NCBI GenBank assembly: GCA_046541495.1
Contig: JBKHDE010000003.1
Span: forward strand, 513 to 64,512
Direction: 5' to 3'
Length of the DNA: 64,000 nucleotides
Source: Desulfococcaceae bacterium
GTDB taxonomy: Bacteria; Desulfobacterota; Desulfobacteria; Desulfobacterales; Desulfococcaceae
Both the position numbers and the translations under genes were made by a program. The notes beneath the pieces were generated by a model that searched no databases, had not been told where the DNA came from, and worked only from the letters and a program-made list of their open reading frames with translations. Shown here in pieces: positions 58,246-64,000 of the stretch (positions within the stretch are counted from its first letter, which is position 1; every line of letters starts with the position of its first letter).

Positions 58246-61021
58246 CCCCGTCCACCCGAAGAACGAGAAGCGGCACCATGTCCGGGTAGACCTGAGCCTT
58301 GCGGTCGAGTTCCTGGTTCCATGCGCATTCCTCCTCTCGGAGCCGGTTCAGCCGATAATCACGGACCTGGGGCAGACCGATGCGTTCGATGATTTTGCGT
58401 CGGGCGGTGAAGGCATACGCCCCTTTTTCCCTCTCGCGCGTCAGGCGCAAACGGTGCTCCTGAACCAGTTCTTCGTAAATGGTCCGACCCTGCGCTTCAG
58501 CGGTCTGAAAAAGCCGTTCAAAGGCATCTCCGGCATCGTGAAAATCGAGATATTCCCGGACACGAGGCGCGACACTCAGGAGCCGGTCCCACAGATATCG
58601 CGCGGTGGGGGTAAATACCTTTCCGCTGTCGGCAAGAAACAGCGGCATGATCCGGTGGCGGTTCCAGTCTACTGTGGCGATGCCGATCCGCCAGAGAGAC
58701 CACAGCCCCGTGATCTCCTCGGCCACGCCTGGAATCGTCACGACCGAGATCGGTTGTCCCGGCGCAAATCGCGGCAGCCTCATGGCCAGACCCCGAATCC
58801 GGGAGTCTTCCAAAGCCAGGTGCCGGGCGGTGGGTGTCCGCTCGGCCTCCTTGCCGCTGAAAACCACCCGGTTGAGTGTTTCGCCATCCGGCCAGGTCAG
58901 GTGCCAGGTTCGCCGGTTTCGCTCGGCCTTGCCGCCGTGCGCCCGAAGGTAACTCACCGTCATCCGCTCGACCCAATGGGGCAAAGGGTGGGCCATGAGG
59001 CGCTGGGCTTCGGTGGGTTCCAGGTCCTCGGTGCCTCCGAGTACGGCAGTGCTCTCCTGAGTATCCCGGACCTGCGCCTGCAAACGGGTGATGACTTTGC
59101 CAACGGAGGCATCGATTTCATCCGGATGGACCATCGCATCCACATACAGATCGTCAAAGATTTGTCCTGCCTGGGCGGAATCGAGAACGTCCCCGGTCTT
59201 GTCGATACCGAACTCCTCGAAAATGACGGCCAGTTTCTCTTCAAGCACCTCCTGAACCCGGTGCTCCACCGAATCTTCGAAAACAAAGTTCAGGGCGCGC
59301 ACCACATGGGTCTGGCCGATGCGATCCACCCGGCCGATGCGCTGTTCGAGCCGCATGGGGTTCCAGGGGATGTCGTAGTTGATCACCACATGGCAGAACT
59401 GGAGATTCAACCCTTCACCGCCGGCGTCGGTTGAGATAAGAATGCGGGCTTCTTCGGTGAATGCTTCCTGGACCCTCTTGCGCTCATCCATGCTCATGGA
59501 GCCGTTCAGACAGACCACCTGGAATCCGCGTTCGGTCAGGAACTGTTGAAGCATCTGCTGGGTGGGAACGAACTCGGTGAATACCAGGGCCTTCAGTTCC
59601 GGATCCCCCTCTTCCGCCTGCAGCTTATACAGCCAGTTCAGCAGCGCTTCGGCTTTGGCGTCCGCTCCAAACTGCATACACCGGTCAGCGGCTTCGAGGA
59701 GCAGCTTCACCTCGGCCCGTTCGTTTTTGAGCGCCTTCAGCCGTGTGGTCAGAAGCGTTTCGATCTGCTCCTGTCCATCGAGGTCGGCCCACTCCTCCTC
59801 GGAATAGATCGGAAACAGAGACAACTGCTCCGCCGGCGCTTCGAGCGCCTCCAGCCGGCGGGCGAGCGTGGTGCGGATGGCGGTGGTGCTCGACACCACC
59901 AGACGCTGCATCAGGATCATCAGAAACCCGATATAGCTGCGCTTCTCGCGCATGGCCTGGTTGTATCCCTCCCGCGCGTATTCTGTGACCGCTTCGTACA
60001 GAAGCTGCTGGTCTCGGTGGGCCTCCCCCCAGGAGACAGGCGCAAGCTCGGTTTTTCGGGGTTTGAAAAGCGGTTTTCCCTCGGCCGTAATGGCTCGGCG
60101 TTTTTCAGTTCGGATGACATAGGGCTCTACCCGGTCCCGGGTCACGCTGCCCACGTCGGGAAACGCCTGGGCGTCGAGCAGAGATAACAGCCGGTGGAAG
60201 GCGTCGGTTTTTCCCTGATGCGGGGTTGCCGAAAGCATGAGAAAATAGGGTGCGGCTTCGCAGAGCCCCTGACCCAGTTTGAACCGGGCCACTTGGTCGG
60301 TGCTGCCCCCGAGCCGGTGGGCCTCGTCCACGATCACCAGGTCCCATCCCGCGGACACCAGGTCCTCGAATCGATCCTGATTGTATTCGGCCACCTGCTT
60401 TGCCGACCAGCCGCGCCGGCTCTCCAGCGGCTTGACCGAATCCATCGGGCAGACCACCTGCGGATGGCTCTGCCAGATGTTGTCTTCCTTGGCGATGCGC
60501 CGGTAGGCTGAAAAATCGCTGGGGATGAGCAGTCTGAACTCTTCGTTGAAATGGGTGCGCATTTCGGCCACCCACTGGGTCACCAGGCCTTTCGGGGCAA
60601 TGACCAGCACCCGCTTGACCAGCCCGCGGAGCTTCAGCTCCCGAAAAATAAGCCCGGCTTCGATGGTTTTTCCGAGTCCGACCTCGTCAGCCAGGAGGTA
60701 CCGGATCCGGTCCCCGGCAATGGCGCGGGACAGGGCTTTGATTTGGTGCGGAAGCGGAATGACCGAGGATTCGATGGGTGCAAGCAGGACATCCCGGGTC
60801 AGGGCGTCGGCTATGCGTGCGGCGGAGGCGATATAGATGATACTGTCAGCGGTTCCCCGCCCGGCATCCGCCAAGGAGGCGAGTTTAGAAGCAGGAACGC
60901 GGACTACCGAATCTCGGCCGGGCAGCCATACCCGGCAGGTTGTCTCGCCCCACAGCGTCTGGGTTTCGATGACCTGGCAGGCACTGCTATGAGCAATGCT
61001 GTATTGCCAGAAATCACTCAT
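58232..61021 (-). CDS. SNF2-family ATPase/helicase with RapA(HepA)-like architecture
   Basis: 929 aa. Motif I LLADEVGLGKTIEAG, motif II LVIVDEAHRLGG, LSATPHQGK, motif VI EQRIGRVDRIGQTH. Also an N-terminal beta-rich region and a ~330-aa C-terminal extension, as in RapA. Confidence 0.9.
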   Translation of the reverse strand: MSDFWQYSIAHSSACQVIETQTLWGETTCRVWLPGRDSVVRVPASKLASLADAGRGTADSIIYIASAARIADALTRDVLLAPIESSVIPLPHQIKALSRAIAGDRIRYLLADEVGLGKTIEAGLIFRELKLRGLVKRVLVIAPKGLVTQWVAEMRTHFNEEFRLLIPSDFSAYRRIAKEDNIWQSHPQVVCPMDSVKPLESRRGWSAKQVAEYNQDRFEDLVSAGWDLVIVDEAHRLGGSTDQVARFKLGQGLCEAAPYFLMLSATPHQGKTDAFHRLLSLLDAQAFPDVGSVTRDRVEPYVIRTEKRRAITAEGKPLFKPRKTELAPVSWGEAHRDQQLLYEAVTEYAREGYNQAMREKRSYIGFLMILMQRLVVSSTTAIRTTLARRLEALEAPAEQLSLFPIYSEEEWADLDGQEQIETLLTTRLKALKNERAEVKLLLEAADRCMQFGADAKAEALLNWLYKLQAEEGDPELKALVFTEFVPTQQMLQQFLTERGFQVVCLNGSMSMDERKRVQEAFTEEARILISTDAGGEGLNLQFCHVVINYDIPWNPMRLEQRIGRVDRIGQTHVVRALNFVFEDSVEHRVQEVLEEKLAVIFEEFGIDKTGDVLDSAQAGQIFDDLYVDAMVHPDEIDASVGKVITRLQAQVRDTQESTAVLGGTEDLEPTEAQRLMAHPLPHWVERMTVSYLRAHGGKAERNRRTWHLTWPDGETLNRVVFSGKEAERTPTARHLALEDSRIRGLAMRLPRFAPGQPISVVTIPGVAEEITGLWSLWRIGIATVDWNRHRIMPLFLADSGKVFTPTARYLWDRLLSVAPRVREYLDFHDAGDAFERLFQTAEAQGRTIYEELVQEHRLRLTREREKGAYAFTARRKIIERIGLPQVRDYRLNRLREEECAWNQELDRKAQVYPDMVPLLVLRVDGGAHA

Positions 61022-62171
61022 CTACTTTTCGCCAAATTGTAACTTTGAAGAGATTCCCGTCACGATCGTTCTCAAAGAAAATATGTGGATAGGCCTTCAA
61101 TGCACGAATAATCCCGCTGCCCAAGCCCCGGTAGGGAAGAATTTTTGTTGCAAAAGATGCCAAGACCGGATTTCGAATATTCGAATTCCCACTTTTAATA
61201 TTTTCGATCGTCAGATTATTGGGAAGATGCCCGGGACTGATGATCTCGACTCGGTTGTCAAAGACAAAAATTCTTACGGTCGCGGAAACAAAATAATCAC
61301 GATGAATAAGAGCATTGGCAATGAGTTCTTCCAAAACGATTGACGGTATCTCAGGCTGACCCGGCGCATTGACATCCTGATCGCCCTGAACGTGATGAAT
61401 GTTTCCACGCACAAAACTCATTCCCTGATGAAAAACATCCCCCAATTTCCCGGCAATGTCACGGCTGTCCAGATAGTCGGTCTCATGTATTTCATTCCCC
61501 GGAAAAGCAATTGCTTTAATAATGAAAACAGGGAGTTTGAAAGAAGGATTTTTTGCAAACAACAGTGCTCCACTGATATTCAATACACGATCCTTCATCA
61601 GATTCATATTGTGTAGAATATCCGGAAGCGGCAACTCTTGTTGATCGAGCGGTTCTCCGAAGTTTTTTTCGAAGAAAACCTTGAAATAGTCAACGTCAAG
61701 ATCAGATACCGTCATCCCCGGAACGGGAATCTCATCGCCGTGAATCAAGCCGGCGCTCTGATAAAGTCGCTGGATTTCCTCCCTGGAAGTGGCCTTTCTC
61801 TTATCCGATCCACTCTTAACCCATATCACCCCGTTTTTGTCCATGTAGGGTTTGCTCATGCCGTCCGGGATAACGACGCGCATCACCAGTCCGTCGGGCG
61901 TCGCAATGTTTTCTGTTATCGGATTGATGGGTGGCCGCACCTGCTGGGATCCGGCGTTTGAAACCAGTTGATTTAACCGACCCATATCATCCCTCCCCAG
62001 GCCGGAAAAAGTACCATCGTTACTTACGCCGATATAAATGGAGCCGCCACCCGAATTACTGAACGCAACCATTTCCTGCCCCAAGGATGTTTCATTGGTA
62101 ACGTCGGCTTTGAACTGGTGCTTGCTGTCCTCATCCCGGTTAACTATTTCAAGGAGTTCAGCGGTTTCCAT
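61014..62171 (-). CDS. AlbA_2 (Schlafen-type) domain plus HATPase_c_4-like domain protein
   Basis: N-terminal EDSKHQFKADV...MVAFSNSGGGSIYIGVSNDGTFSG (AlbA_2 pattern). C-terminal LEELIANALIHRDY...VEIISPGHLP...IRNPVLA...GLGSGI (HATPase_c_4 pattern). Overlaps both neighbours. Confidence 0.85.
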   Translation of the reverse strand: METAELLEIVNRDEDSKHQFKADVTNETSLGQEMVAFSNSGGGSIYIGVSNDGTFSGLGRDDMGRLNQLVSNAGSQQVRPPINPITENIATPDGLVMRVVIPDGMSKPYMDKNGVIWVKSGSDKRKATSREEIQRLYQSAGLIHGDEIPVPGMTVSDLDVDYFKVFFEKNFGEPLDQQELPLPDILHNMNLMKDRVLNISGALLFAKNPSFKLPVFIIKAIAFPGNEIHETDYLDSRDIAGKLGDVFHQGMSFVRGNIHHVQGDQDVNAPGQPEIPSIVLEELIANALIHRDYFVSATVRIFVFDNRVEIISPGHLPNNLTIENIKSGNSNIRNPVLASFATKILPYRGLGSGIIRALKAYPHIFFENDRDGNLFKVTIWRKVDE

Positions 62172-64000
62172 ATCTCATACCTCATTCTGCGTTGTCGGAA
62201 TGCCTCTTCACCACCTTCCATAATATTGACAATTTTCTGTTGAAGCTTCGGGCAATCGATGCTGCCGCTAATGACCTCCACCTTTCCATTGGAATAGGAA
62301 CAGGCGATGACCTGTTCGGCATCACCAAGGACCGGAAAATTTGCATTATGAGTGGCGAAAACAAATTGAGTTTTGGGCTTCAACTCCCGGAGCAGCTTGA
62401 TCACATCTTCGTAAATGGTCTGGTTGTCCAAATCATCTTCCGGTTGATCAATGAGAAAGACATTGTTTTCCTGTTGGCTCAGAACAAATAAAATCAACGC
62501 CGATGCACGCTGGCCCAAAGAATGGTGCTTAAGTTCCTTATCCCGATACTTTATGATGAAGCGGTTGGGTACCTGCCACGTAAGCAGTGATTCGAGATTA
62601 TCGGTAAAGTACTGTTTGAACACCTGTGCCGTAGTTCCGAGTTCTTGCTCAGCTCTTTCCCAATCCTTATATATTCCCCCGAAATCATTAAAATTTCCGG
62701 AAAGATTCTGAAATGTGGCTTCACGGATACGGCTGCCACGAAAAATGTCCTTCATAAATGCCACAAAAGCCGTCTTGTCCCCTTTGTACTCAGCTTTAAT
62801 CGTAAGAGAAGAATGGCTCTGATTAACCTTTTCCAATTCGGATTTTATCACCCGGAACTCATCGTGCCAGAGGCTATTAAGTACCGTTATCTCTTTTAAA
62901 AGCTCATCCTTCAAACTGGCACGGGTTGCTCCTTCTTTTTCCAAAGCAATAAGCATTTGCGCAGCCTGATCCACCGTTTTTCGGAGCTTGCGGAATTCAT
63001 CCGGACGAATGGCCTGTGCTCCGGATTCTCTCAATCGCTCAGTAAGCTTTCTTTCAATAACGGCGAATTCTTCTTTCAGTCCGTCTTTGAGTCGGGAAAA
63101 AGTTTGCGCTTTCTGCTGAAGTTCGGTGAAAACCAGATTTCCTGTTGTATATGCTTCTCTGATGCGATCGAAAGAGGCTATCAGCTTGTCGTAGCATGCA
63201 AAGAACTCTTCAAAGAACACTTTGTTTTGTCTTGATGTATAAACCCTTTGATTTCTAAGATCATCTTCATGTTGATTGATGAAGGATTCCAATTCATCAA
63301 GATAGGTCCTTACAAAAGCCGTCACTTGGGTACATTTTCTGGAATCGGCATCAAAATCTATCTGCTTTTGGAGCTTTTCCTCCACCCCGTGATCTTTGTA
63401 GAATTTCAGTCTGAACTCAGCATCCTGCTTTTTTCGTTCATATTCTTTTTTCTTCTCTGCTGAGTTTTCAAGTTTTTTTAACCGCCTGACGATTTCAACG
63501 ACCTTTTGACGTTGCTCGGCGATGCGAGAACGAATTCCTCCCACTTTTTCACCCACCAACTTTTCCACCAGATCTTTTTCAAAGCCTTCTCCGGTTGAAG
63601 AAAGATCTTTTTGGCCAAAGTAGATCGGCTTATGTAAAATGGTTTCCCGAATGGATATACCGGGCTGAAGTACACCATTGACATATACATCGGGGCGTTC
63701 CCGGCTGATGCGACGTATTTCATACTGCTGGCCTCTCTGATCGAGGGCATGGATCGTTATTTTGCCCCCGCTCCCCAGAACGTGGTCCACCAGGTGAATT
63801 TTATAATCGGTATCGAGAGCTTTTTCGCCGAACGGTATATCGAGGGCATAGCGAATCGCTTCCAGAATGGAAGATTTTCCACTGCCGCGAATTCCGATCA
63901 GCGTATTCAGCTCCGCAGAAAGATGGATGGACTCCCCATCCAATATTCCACCCTCAAATGAAACGCTTTGAATGTGGGAGTGCCGGTACTCATGCGGCTG
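62144..64000 (-). CDS. SMC/ABC-type ATPase with long central coiled-coil (5' end outside window)
   Basis: Frame stays open to base 64000 (...QPHEYRHSHIQSVSFEGGILDGESIHL). Walker A GIRGSGKSS, long charged helical middle, signature-like HSLGQRAS, Walker B FLIDQPEDDLD, H-loop ATHNANFPV. Confidence 0.85.
   Translation of the reverse strand, partial: QPHEYRHSHIQSVSFEGGILDGESIHLSAELNTLIGIRGSGKSSILEAIRYALDIPFGEKALDTDYKIHLVDHVLGSGGKITIHALDQRGQQYEIRRISRERPDVYVNGVLQPGISIRETILHKPIYFGQKDLSSTGEGFEKDLVEKLVGEKVGGIRSRIAEQRQKVVEIVRRLKKLENSAEKKKEYERKKQDAEFRLKFYKDHGVEEKLQKQIDFDADSRKCTQVTAFVRTYLDELESFINQHEDDLRNQRVYTSRQNKVFFEEFFACYDKLIASFDRIREAYTTGNLVFTELQQKAQTFSRLKDGLKEEFAVIERKLTERLRESGAQAIRPDEFRKLRKTVDQAAQMLIALEKEGATRASLKDELLKEITVLNSLWHDEFRVIKSELEKVNQSHSSLTIKAEYKGDKTAFVAFMKDIFRGSRIREATFQNLSGNFNDFGGIYKDWERAEQELGTTAQVFKQYFTDNLESLLTWQVPNRFIIKYRDKELKHHSLGQRASALILFVLSQQENNVFLIDQPEDDLDNQTIYEDVIKLLRELKPKTQFVFATHNANFPVLGDAEQVIACSYSNGKVEVISGSIDCPKLQQKIVNIMEGGEEAFRQRRMRYEIWKPLNSLK

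Noticed and set aside
58232-61021. Naming the SNF2 protein as a specific known defence component such as DISARM DrmD, Zorya ZorD or BREX BrxH.
   Set aside because: None of the partner genes of those systems (DrmA/B/C plus methylase, ZorA/B MotAB-like genes, PglX/PglZ/BrxC) is present. The architecture is at least as similar to housekeeping RapA. It is left as a RapA-like SNF2.

Overview
Bacterial chromosomal window, roughly 55-65% GC by eye except the last 3 kb (about 40%). Gene content and order fit a Desulfobacterota/deltaproteobacterium-like anaerobe (inference only). Layout: (i) 1-8425 is a lipid/polyketide-type accessory cluster: radical SAM enzyme, FabH-like KAS III, a ketosynthase (KS) plus Cys-less KS partner plus ACP chained by ATGA overlaps, a BtrH_N-like putative ACP-dependent acyltransferase, a hotdog thioesterase and a DAK2-DegV fusion. 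(ii) 8426-21325 holds membrane, transport and housekeeping genes: DUF2254-like protein, YegS-type lipid kinase, metallophosphoesterase, lipoprotein, YejBEAF-like peptide ABC importer, AI-2E permease, DedA-like protein, plant-type DapB. (iii) 21435-52455, all minus strand, is the translation/transcription super-cluster: tRNA-Thr/Tyr/Gly/Thr, tuf, rpmG, tRNA-Trp, secE, nusG, rplKAJL, rpoBC, rpsLG, tuf, then the S10/spc/alpha operons ending in rplQ. It has no fusA, adk or map, and its two tuf copies are near-identical and 14,888 bp apart. (iv) 52921-56281 encodes an MltD-like lytic transglycosylase and a GT4 glycosyltransferase. (v) 56485-64000 is tRNA-Arg(CCT) followed by a five-gene overlap-coupled minus-strand operon: SMC-like ATPase, AlbA_2/Schlafen-HATPase protein, RapA-like SNF2 helicase and two orphan proteins. 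This looks like an uncharacterised defence-type island. The most notable observations are that island, a ~99-aa parvulin (PPIase)-like domain inserted in RpoC, and the KS/CLF-ACP-BtrH cluster. No rRNA gene, CRISPR array, transposase or integrase was seen. All family assignments come from reading the translations by eye; no searches were run.
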